Below are positions 23,455 through 30,307 of a DNA stretch of 30,307 nt, piece by piece. The notes beneath the pieces were generated by a model. The model was not told the origin of the DNA, made no database searches, and saw nothing but the letters and a program-made list of their open reading frames with translations. Source of the DNA: a virus (Duplodnaviria; Caudoviricetes). The translations under genes were made by a program, and so were the position numbers. Position 1 is the stretch's first letter. Each line of letters starts with the position of its first letter. The DNA lies in the IMG/VR virus record IMGVR_UViG_3300005326_000720, positions 1-30,307 of that record; one strand, written 5' to 3'.

Positions 23455-23979
23455 TCAGTACGCGAGGATCCTCGCCTTCGCGCCGTTTGCTGCACCCTTC
23501 CATACGATACCGAGGATGACCTCAGCCGGGATACCACCCGCGATCGCTACGGTCGGACGTGTTGCGTCAACTGCACTTGCGGTTGCTGCACCAGTGGCTG
23601 CCAGACCCGTGAGTGCAGCAGCTGCCTTGACAGCCTGCTTGCTGGTGGTCCCCTGGGTGACACGCTGGCCTGCAGTAAGCTGTCCCTCCGCGGTCATTTC
23701 GAGGACCCTGCGGAACCCGAACGGAAGCACGGAGATCCTTGTGCGGGTGTCAAGACCGTTCGGGTTGGTCCGTGTGGTGATGGAATCCTCGAGCTGCCCG
23801 ATTGCGCTGTTCTGGGTCGTGGCAATCCCGACTTCTTCATCACCGGTAATCTCGACCAACTGGCAGGCCTTGTAGTAGAACCCATCAGAGTCTGCAGTGA
23901 CACCGGCCACATGGACCTTTGCACGCAGGGGGTTGACAGTGAGGTCTTCACGGACAGGAGACGCTGCTGCTGCGACCAT
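23455..23979 (-). CDS. Capsid decoration / cement protein
   Basis: Ala/Gly/Thr-rich; AEGQLTAGQRV...ILGIVWKGAANG; located between scaffold and capsid. Confidence 0.65.
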   Translation of the reverse strand: MVAAAASPVREDLTVNPLRAKVHVAGVTADSDGFYYKACQLVEITGDEEVGIATTQNSAIGQLEDSITTRTNPNGLDTRTRISVLPFGFRRVLEMTAEGQLTAGQRVTQGTTSKQAVKAAAALTGLAATGAATASAVDATRPTVAIAGGIPAEVILGIVWKGAANGAKARILAY

Positions 23980-23981
23980 GA

Positions 23982-24323
23982 TCAGAGCCCCAGGAGTTTC
24001 TTGGCGAGGTCCTCGGTTGTCGGAGCTCCGCCCCCGCTGGCCTTACCCTTCTCGGAAGTGCCAGTGTTCGCCCTGCGTTCAAGGTCTGCCTTGTACGCAG
24101 AGAGCTGATCTTTGTTCATCGTCTTGACGAAGTCGCGGTTCACGTCTTTGTCGAGCGCGAAGATCTCCGCCATTATGGTTGCCCTCTCGGTGAGATCGGC
24201 AGCCGCGGTCTGTTCCGCTTTCTGGCTGTTCACAGTTTCAGACGCGGTGACGATCTTGTCGATTTTACCCGCGAGGTCCGTAACCTTGCCAGCCAGAGCC
24301 TTAAACTCTTCATCTGTCGGCAT
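23982..24323 (-). CDS. Nested in-frame scaffold protein (113 aa, MPTDEEFKALAG...)
   Basis: Internal ATG 24323 lies 39 nt downstream of a full late-motif copy inside the protease ORF. Confidence 0.65.
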   Translation of the reverse strand: MPTDEEFKALAGKVTDLAGKIDKIVTASETVNSQKAEQTAAADLTERATIMAEIFALDKDVNRDFVKTMNKDQLSAYKADLERRANTGTSEKGKASGGGAPTTEDLAKKLLGL

Positions 24324-24968
24324 AGTATCTTGGTCTTGAGATTTGACAGATAAAGAAAAGTCACGGGCTGACGCTGCTGCTGCAGGGCGCTTCCGTGCGA
24401 GTTCTCCTATAATCTGGGCATCAGGGTCCGCAGGTTCAAGGACGGGCGCAATGTGGATGATGCGGAAATCTGTCCAATAGGTAAGGTCCTTGTTCGTGTC
24501 GTAATGCAACAGGCCGCGGATACGGACGCTGAAGAACGTGTTTTCCGGATCCTTCAGGACCCGTGCAGCAACCTCGTCCAGGATTGGGGTACCGGTCCAA
24601 AATTCAACTGACGCAACCGCTGCGTTCAGGATCGTCTTATTGCGGATCTTCACTTCTTTCTCGAAAGTGAGATCAAACGTTGCCCCAACCTTGTCCAGGA
24701 AATCGTACCCATGATCGAGAATCAGCGGGATTGGGAAGTACTGGAGTTGTTCGGATTCTTTGAGTTGGATGGCATCCTGTACTGATTTCTGGATTTCTTC
24801 AGAACTGAACAGGTCCCCGTTCCAGACCCCTTCGCTCGTTGCGATGATCTTCCGCTTGAGCCCTGCTGTAGGATCCGCCTTCAGGTCCTGCTGGGTGGGG
24901 GTGATGAAGATGTCGGATGCTCGAAAGAAATACGTTCTTTCGACTTCCTGCGGTGCATTCAATGGCAT
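23982..24968 (-). CDS. Prohead protease with C-terminal scaffold domain
   Basis: GVWNG...PLILDH...KVG...FSVRI...IHIAPVLEPADPDAQI, then a helical coiled-coil C-terminus. Confidence 0.75.
   Translation of the reverse strand: MPLNAPQEVERTYFFRASDIFITPTQQDLKADPTAGLKRKIIATSEGVWNGDLFSSEEIQKSVQDAIQLKESEQLQYFPIPLILDHGYDFLDKVGATFDLTFEKEVKIRNKTILNAAVASVEFWTGTPILDEVAARVLKDPENTFFSVRIRGLLHYDTNKDLTYWTDFRIIHIAPVLEPADPDAQIIGELARKRPAAAASARDFSLSVKSQDQDTMPTDEEFKALAGKVTDLAGKIDKIVTASETVNSQKAEQTAAADLTERATIMAEIFALDKDVNRDFVKTMNKDQLSAYKADLERRANTGTSEKGKASGGGAPTTEDLAKKLLGL
24348..24362 (-). promoter_or_regulatory. Intragenic late motif copy (GACTTTTCTTTATCT)
   Basis: 15/15 match to the intergenic consensus; encodes DFSLS in the protease-scaffold linker. 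Confidence 0.7.
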
Positions 24969-24989
24969 ACAGGGAAATCAGGAAAAATA

Positions 24990-25005
24990 GAGATAAAGAA
25001 AAGTC
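24990..25005 (-). promoter_or_regulatory. Late motif copy (GACTTTTCTTTATCTC)
   Basis: 37 nt upstream of ATG 24968. Confidence 0.8.
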
Positions 25006-25014
25006 AGAAAAAGA

Positions 25015-25554
25015 TTAGGCTGGTAGTTTCACATACTCGACGTACGCCGTTCCAGCCAGAGCTGCTGCATCTGCGACAAGGATCTTGCCCGTGATGTAGT
25101 CATTCGCACCGTCTTTTGCGTCCATCTTCTGAACACGACCCGTGCCATTGCTGCCCTTGTCAGTTATGCTATCCGCGATAATCTTTGCAGTGACTGGCAA
25201 TCCGTCAATGATGGTGTCAGCGGTTGCGGTTGCATTGGCGACAATGCCAATATCCATGACAGCGGTCGCAGTTGCGCCTTCTGTGGTGATATCGACTAGC
25301 ACCTTCTGGACGAGGACCGGCACGGTTTCCGGATTTTGCCAGGCAAAGGCAATAGCATTTGCGAGGCCCCCAATAAGAGCGACCTTGGCGATCTTTACAC
25401 CAGCATCATTCGTTCCGGTTGCGACAACCCCTTCAAGTGCATCAACTTCACTCTGGGCGGTTGCGGCATCGGTGTGAGCGTCGAGAATCGCTGCATCCTG
25501 GGAAACATCTTTTATTTCCCCGTCTTTGATGTCCTCAATGAACGTCTTTGACAT
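25015..25554 (-). CDS. Virion structural protein (probable head spike/decoration, beta-sandwich)
   Basis: Ala/Thr/Asp-rich; VLVDITT...MDIG...GTAYVEYV; has its own late motif. Confidence 0.6.
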   Translation of the reverse strand: MSKTFIEDIKDGEIKDVSQDAAILDAHTDAATAQSEVDALEGVVATGTNDAGVKIAKVALIGGLANAIAFAWQNPETVPVLVQKVLVDITTEGATATAVMDIGIVANATATADTIIDGLPVTAKIIADSITDKGSNGTGRVQKMDAKDGANDYITGKILVADAAALAGTAYVEYVKLPA

Positions 25555-25576
25555 GAGGAGAGGGTGAGAAAGAAAG

Positions 25577-25592
25577 GAAATAAAGGGAAGTC
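25577..25592 (-). promoter_or_regulatory. Late motif variant (GACTTCCCTTTATTTC)
   Basis: 38 nt upstream of ATG 25554. Confidence 0.65.
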
Positions 25593-25603
25593 AAAGGGTG
25601 CAA

Positions 25604-25873
25604 TCACACGTAGATGGCCACTACTTTTCCCGCGAGGGTCTGCGAGTGGTCCTCTCCAGCAGTAAGATCAAGGGTTTTGCCCTCATAGGCTGGCTCGATG
25701 CTGTCAGGGAACTCTGCGAACAACTCCCCATTTTCCTCGAAGATACGGATGTTGAAATCCTCTTTTTCTGAGGGGAAAATAAAATCAGTATCGCCCTCGG
25801 CTGAATACACCCCGAGACTAATACCGATGTTGTTCAAGAGCCGCTTATCCGAATCATCGAGCTTAATAATCAT
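25604..25873 (-). CDS. Small acidic protein, putative immunity/antitoxin of the MuF toxin
   Basis: 89 aa and strongly acidic; overlaps the MuF 3' end by 11 nt; AGGTGG SD. Confidence 0.6.
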   Translation of the reverse strand: MIIKLDDSDKRLLNNIGISLGVYSAEGDTDFIFPSEKEDFNIRIFEENGELFAEFPDSIEPAYEGKTLDLTAGEDHSQTLAGKVVAIYV

Positions 25874-27110
25874 AATCCACCTTTTCGACCCTTTTCATGA
25901 GCCCTTTCAAATATCGTTTGTTAGATATATGTGCGGTAACTATCTTACGTTTTTCCTCGCTGATTACAACGTGCATCTGTCGGCCGTCCATAATATCACC
26001 AATAATATGAAGCCCTTTGGAATCCCGACCGATTCGTTCTCCGTCTGTTCTTACCTTAAGAACGTCTGATATTCCGAAACCTTCGCTCGCAGCGTGCTCT
26101 TCCTGGATATGGACAAAACTGAATCCCTCAAATTTTTTCGAGTTGAAAAAATTCTCATCGAGTGTCTGGATCGTATCCCTTGCCATATCTTTTGACGACA
26201 GCCCCATCTGATGACCGAGAATCTGCCAATCATTCCCTTGCATGCGATCTGCGAGTTTTGACTTGAGAGAGTGAAGGTCTTTGACATTTTGCGGGTTTTC
26301 CTGCATGAAGAGAGGCATGTTCTTATCGACTTTCCACTCGTCAAAGGTCTTGGTGGACCAGTCTTTCCGTTCTGCAGCGTACGCTGATTCCGGGCGGTCC
26401 CACTTCACGTTGTTGAACCATGCTTTCGGCCGGCACCTGCAATTATGCTCTTCCATCACCTTGCGGGCCATCTCTTCTTCTGAAGTCCCGAAGAGGAAGA
26501 CACGGCCATGCAGGGCCAGATGCCGGGGCCTTGTGCGTTCATCCGCGACCGAGAGATACACCCAGCCTTCATACCCTGCATCCTCATACTGGGCGAAATG
26601 CCCCGCGGTGTAAGCCTGTTTCATGCTGGTCCGGGCGAGGGTATCTGCATAGACATCGGTTGGCAGGGTCACGGACTGGGTTATCGTCTTCTTTCCCCAC
26701 GATCGTTTCCCATCAGGACCGACCGTGACGATCTTGCGGACCGTGCCGGTACTGTCGAACTTGATCGAATCACCCCAACCGCCACGGAGCTTCTCTGCGA
26801 GAGACTGTTGAACGTGGTCATAGGACCAACCGTTGCGGATCCCGCCTTTGATAATGTCCGTGAGTTCTCCGGACATGCTGCCAAAAGTAGTGTCCAGAGA
26901 GGTCCCCAGCCTCTCCATCACCGGGTCGAGACCGGCAAGACCAAGCGGGCCCTGGTGACCGATCTCCTTTGCGGCCCGGTCACCTCCCATGTAGTACGAG
27001 GTCGAGATGAGTTTTGACAGGACCGAGACCAGATTCTGCTTTGCCTGGTCGGTCCGCTGCGTGATGTAACCGATGAGCGCCGCGAGGATTTCTTCTTCAT
27101 AGACGCTCAA
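25863..27110 (-). CDS. MuF / SPP1 gp7-like minor head protein with C-terminal BECR-like nuclease (toxin) extension
   Basis: YADTLARTS...WVYLSVADERTRPRHLALHGRVF...HNCRC is the MuF core. The extension has HIQEEH...MHVVISEEKRKIVTAH. Start uncertain (TTG 27110 after the portal stop; ORF is open to 27188). Confidence 0.8.
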   Translation of the reverse strand: MSVYEEEILAALIGYITQRTDQAKQNLVSVLSKLISTSYYMGGDRAAKEIGHQGPLGLAGLDPVMERLGTSLDTTFGSMSGELTDIIKGGIRNGWSYDHVQQSLAEKLRGGWGDSIKFDSTGTVRKIVTVGPDGKRSWGKKTITQSVTLPTDVYADTLARTSMKQAYTAGHFAQYEDAGYEGWVYLSVADERTRPRHLALHGRVFLFGTSEEEMARKVMEEHNCRCRPKAWFNNVKWDRPESAYAAERKDWSTKTFDEWKVDKNMPLFMQENPQNVKDLHSLKSKLADRMQGNDWQILGHQMGLSSKDMARDTIQTLDENFFNSKKFEGFSFVHIQEEHAASEGFGISDVLKVRTDGERIGRDSKGLHIIGDIMDGRQMHVVISEEKRKIVTAHISNKRYLKGLMKRVEKVDYDY

Positions 27111-27123
27111 CAGGTCTGCGGTC

Positions 27124-28812
27124 CTAGAGACCGAGGATATTGGTAATATCATCGCGCATGTCCTCGATCTCTTTCTTGAACTGTTCACGGGCCGGCTTCG
27201 CGGTCTGGAGGACCGGTTTGGGCAGCCCGGCCTGCGACATCAACTGATTCCACAGCTCGATTGCAACCGGGTCCAAGAGAGATATCCCCTTTATTTTCAT
27301 CTCACGATTGAATCTTGCAAAGAGCTCCTGCCGGCTCATGTTCGGGGCCGGTGCTCCGGGATCCCGGCTGGCTGGCTGCTGCGGATCCGCTGGGGCCTGC
27401 GGAGTGGTGGGTGCTACAGGCGCCGGGGTTTTCAGGGCCTTCTTCTCTGCATCAGTAAGCGGATATCCCAGATCGTCCAGGAACCGGATCAGGACCGAGG
27501 CCGGCAGGTAAGGAATGAGCGGTGAGACCAAGGTGGCCTTGGCAATCCGGTCGTCTGGTGTCAGGTCATCGAACTCGAACCATACCGAGCCTTCAGGGAA
27601 ACCCCGGGCCTTGAGCCACGGATTGATGAGTTTGTCCTCCAGGATCTCTGCGATCAGTTTGCGTTCTGGTGCGAGGTCCCGCTCGAAGAACTGTAGCTGG
27701 ATCTCCCCCACGCTGCGGTTGCTGGACCCGCTTTCTGTGAATGAATCAGCGTATCCCATTGCGGCGATGAACTGATCTTCGATATGGTCCTGTGCCTTGA
27801 ATACCGCGATCGGGTTGCCTTTCGGCTCGACAATCTCTACGTTCATGGGGTCCGGATCGGTCGCAACAGCCCGGCCTTTTTTGTAGAAATCGTGACCGGC
27901 TTTCAAGGCCTTCTTGAACTCTTTCATGAGTTCGTCTTTCTTATGCCAGAGATTATCGGGGATCGTGAGCATGTGCTTCGGGTCCCCGTGGCGCCGGGCC
28001 ATAGTTGCCTGGTCGCACTCGATGCCGAGCTTGTTCATGATGATGACGTAGTTCTGCTGCGGGACCGCGATGCCGTTGGGATTACGGGGGCTCTCGTACC
28101 GGGGGATAAAGATCAACTCATCGGGCATGAAGAAAACGGTCCGATCGTCTTTCCCTGTAGCGAGGATGGTGTTCTTCTCCCAGAGGGAATAATTCTGGAC
28201 AAAACCGATGATGTTGAATCCGGTACCCACCTTCAGACCGAGACCATACACGACCAGCTTCGAGTCTCGCGATAACTTCAGGTATTCTTTCAAGTCACGG
28301 ACATCCGCATCAGTGTCCCGGAAAACCGTGACGCCCGGGGGATAGAGGAGATTGATCTTGACAATATCCGTGGGTCTTCCGAATATATCGAGTTTCCAGA
28401 CGGGCTCCATGATGCCCCGGGACCTGCCCTCGTAATTGAAGAAGAACCGGATTGCATTTGTCGCGAGGTGGATTTTGCGGGCCATCTTATCCGCTTCTTC
28501 CTGGATGGCCTCATCATCGCTGACAAGCCTGCAGCTCATGGCGTTCTTTGCCCGTGACTGGATGATCCGGGCGATCTTGCCCTGCTCGATAGCCCATTCG
28601 TTCCACGTGTCCCAGCCACCATCCGGTACGAAGTTCGGATCGTAGACCGCGGTCTTTCTGCGATCGTCATAGTCATCATCACCGCTGCCATCGTTGTGAT
28701 AGTCCACTGCTCCCCCCACCGAGGCTGTCATGTTCGTTGCGGCAGGGGGCGCAACAACATTATGATTGAATTTGATTATCGGTAAGTGCACGAGGTCCCG
28801 AATACTTCTCAT
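27124..28812 (-). CDS. Portal protein
   Basis: Follows the terminase; FMPDELIFIP...PNGIA...RHGDPK...SSNRSVGEIQLQFF...LEDKLINP...FEFDDL. Start 28812 chosen from motif spacing. Confidence 0.85.
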   Translation of the reverse strand: MRSIRDLVHLPIIKFNHNVVAPPAATNMTASVGGAVDYHNDGSGDDDYDDRRKTAVYDPNFVPDGGWDTWNEWAIEQGKIARIIQSRAKNAMSCRLVSDDEAIQEEADKMARKIHLATNAIRFFFNYEGRSRGIMEPVWKLDIFGRPTDIVKINLLYPPGVTVFRDTDADVRDLKEYLKLSRDSKLVVYGLGLKVGTGFNIIGFVQNYSLWEKNTILATGKDDRTVFFMPDELIFIPRYESPRNPNGIAVPQQNYVIIMNKLGIECDQATMARRHGDPKHMLTIPDNLWHKKDELMKEFKKALKAGHDFYKKGRAVATDPDPMNVEIVEPKGNPIAVFKAQDHIEDQFIAAMGYADSFTESGSSNRSVGEIQLQFFERDLAPERKLIAEILEDKLINPWLKARGFPEGSVWFEFDDLTPDDRIAKATLVSPLIPYLPASVLIRFLDDLGYPLTDAEKKALKTPAPVAPTTPQAPADPQQPASRDPGAPAPNMSRQELFARFNREMKIKGISLLDPVAIELWNQLMSQAGLPKPVLQTAKPAREQFKKEIEDMRDDITNILGL

Positions 28813-28835
28813 AGCAAGTCGGTTCGGGAAAAAGC

Positions 28836-28851
28836 GGTATAAAGAAAAGTC
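28836..28851 (-). promoter_or_regulatory. Late motif copy (GACTTTTCTTTATACC)
   Basis: 39 nt upstream of ATG 28812; overlaps the terminase TGA. Confidence 0.7.
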
Positions 28852-30307
28852 AGAAGAATCCTCCGCTGGGTTCATCGGCGGGTTGCATGCGCTGGACCTT
28901 ATCGATCATGACAAACGCATAGCTTGCAACATCAACACAGTCATCGTGCGGGGCGTTCGGGAACGCGATTAGTTCCTCTTCGTACTCATCGCGCCAGTCC
29001 CCGGCATACTGCGGGTGATAAACCATGCCGGTCTGGTACCGTGCGGCCATGGGCAGGGCCCGCAGCCACTTGTCCGAAGATCCCGGATCGAGATCAATAA
29101 CAGGTAGCCCACGTTTCCGGCACACCTGGAATAGTGTGAGCCCCATCGCTTTAGCTTCCACACCTTGCAGAACAGGAAACCAGCGTCGGAGCCCATTCTC
29201 CAGCAAGTCCGGCTGGTCAGCACCTTCGAGCCGCAACCGCAAAATATCCAAGAGCAGTAACTCGCTGCTAGGTGTAAGGGCCCAGGTCCCGAGCACGAAA
29301 TAGTCGGCGGATGATTTCGAGGATCCTGATGGATCACACGTCTGGAACACGATGCAGTTACTACAGTGAACCTTGCGATCGCCATCTGGATGATGAAGAA
29401 CATAATGGTTGTCAACCGTCTCGAAATACCGGAAAAACTGCCGCTTAAACTTGTTACCTTCCGGATCCACCGGGGTCTGCTGGTAAAGGCTGTTCCACCA
29501 ATACGCGTGCACTGACCCTTTAGTCTTCAGCAGTTCCTCCAGGGAATATTGTTCCGGCCAAAGCGGTTCTCCAGGAACGCGGCCAAGAGGGTCATTCTCG
29601 ACCGCGATCGCGGGCAGGTTCAGGATCTCCCATTTCTCGCCCGTGCCCGCTTCCATCTCTGCGATGAGGTGCCCTGCAAGGTCCCCCTTGTGCCACCGGG
29701 TCTGGATAAGGATGATCGCGCCACCCGGGGCCAGCCGCGTGCGGAGTGTGGACTGATACCAGTTTATGACCTTCTTACGCTTCGCTGGTGAGTGCGAGTC
29801 TTCCTCACCCTTGAACGGGTCATCAATGATGGCGACATTGGCCCCTCTGCCGGTAAGTGTGCCCCCGGCGCCTGCAGCTTTCACGCCACCGCGGAGTTTC
29901 TCTATCTTGCCGCCGGGGAGTTCTCTTACGATACCCCACCGGTCTACTGCAGAAGAGTCCCTGGAGAGAGAGATACCGAACAGTTCTTTCCCGTATTCTT
30001 TAATGACGTCCCGATCGATGCGTGAAAAGTCCTGGGCGAGGTCCGCACCGTAAGAGGTGATCATGACCTCATGGTCCGGATGCTTGCCCAGATACCAGGC
30101 CGGGAAGTGCTTGGTCGTTACTTCAGATTTCCCATGCCGGGGCGGCATGGTGACGATCAGCCGCTTGATTTCTCCGCGCTCGACCGCTTCGAGCTTCCGG
30201 CAGAGCAGGTCCAGGTGCCTAGCCCGTTTCCATTGCCCCCGGCTTGTGTATTCCAGGAAGTACGCGAGATCTACATTTGAGAGAAGCTTACGCTCCCAAT
30301 CGGGCAC
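28850..30307 (-). CDS. terL: Terminase large subunit (possibly 5' truncated)
   Basis: Walker A MPPRHGKS, LTGRGANVAIIDDP (Walker B), IQTRWHKGDL, LYQQTP, nuclease DP...DY...FPNAPHDDCVD. Confidence 0.95.
   Translation of the reverse strand: MPDWERKLLSNVDLAYFLEYTSRGQWKRARHLDLLCRKLEAVERGEIKRLIVTMPPRHGKSEVTTKHFPAWYLGKHPDHEVMITSYGADLAQDFSRIDRDVIKEYGKELFGISLSRDSSAVDRWGIVRELPGGKIEKLRGGVKAAGAGGTLTGRGANVAIIDDPFKGEEDSHSPAKRKKVINWYQSTLRTRLAPGGAIILIQTRWHKGDLAGHLIAEMEAGTGEKWEILNLPAIAVENDPLGRVPGEPLWPEQYSLEELLKTKGSVHAYWWNSLYQQTPVDPEGNKFKRQFFRYFETVDNHYVLHHPDGDRKVHCSNCIVFQTCDPSGSSKSSADYFVLGTWALTPSSELLLLDILRLRLEGADQPDLLENGLRRWFPVLQGVEAKAMGLTLFQVCRKRGLPVIDLDPGSSDKWLRALPMAARYQTGMVYHPQYAGDWRDEYEEELIAFPNAPHDDCVDVASYAFVMIDKVQRMQPADEPSGGFF

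Larger units (their letters stand above)
1..30307. mobile_element. Tailed dsDNA (Caudoviricetes) virus/provirus with contractile tail, probably archaeal (methanogen) host; both ends lie outside the window
   Basis: Terminase, portal, MuF, capsid, sheath, tube, tape measure and baseplate J occur in canonical order on the minus strand. A primase-helicase and small early ORFs lie on the plus strand. No host housekeeping genes. Confidence 0.95.

Noticed and set aside
7843-28851. The recurring A-rich repeat as CRISPR repeats or simple terminators
   Set aside because: Copies are dispersed with no spacer periodicity. Spacing is fixed to the downstream ATG rather than the upstream stop, and one copy is intragenic. 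A secondary terminator role is not excluded.
23445-28875. ORF-track starts for capsid (23537), MuF (27188) and portal (28875)
   Set aside because: Each overlaps the upstream gene. The SD (capsid 23444), motif spacing (portal 28812) and portal stop position (MuF about 27110) support shorter starts.
6921-30280. Long plus-strand ORFs over the structural module (e.g. 6921-7544, 9789-10631, 11302-12267, 14222-15049, 23326-24108)
   Set aside because: Antisense shadows of well-supported minus-strand genes, with no motifs or start signals.

Overview
This window is about 30 kb of a head-tail dsDNA virus or provirus with a contractile (myovirus-type) tail. The host is most likely an archaeon, probably a methanogen of the Methanomicrobiales type. 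That is an inference from a DUF2080-like gene, apparently leaderless genes behind T-rich boxes, GGAGG/GGTGA Shine-Dalgarno sites, many CxxC microproteins and the absence of a recognisable endolysin. Bases 1-6611 (+) hold the 3' end of a P4/D5-type primase-helicase and a tightly coupled chain of about 24 small, often Cys-rich ORFs. Bases 6767-30307 (-) hold a nearly complete morphogenesis module: terminase, portal, MuF, protease/scaffold, capsid, neck, sheath, tube, chaperone, tape measure, baseplate with PAAR, fibre and membrane proteins. Notable features are: (i) a MuF minor head protein with a C-terminal BECR-like nuclease extension followed by an acidic immunity-like gene; (ii) a 10-copy GACYTYYYTTTWT motif fixed 37-39 nt upstream of late start codons, one copy driving a nested scaffold ORF; (iii) a GGGAAAC -1 frameshift in the tail chaperone; (iv) an acyltransferase-3/DUF2080/secreted-protein moron with a palindromic operator; and (v) a strand-specific cloverleaf-plus-hairpin structure where the two arms converge. 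No integrase, CRISPR array or canonical tRNA was seen. All family calls come from motif recognition by eye and synteny, not database searches.
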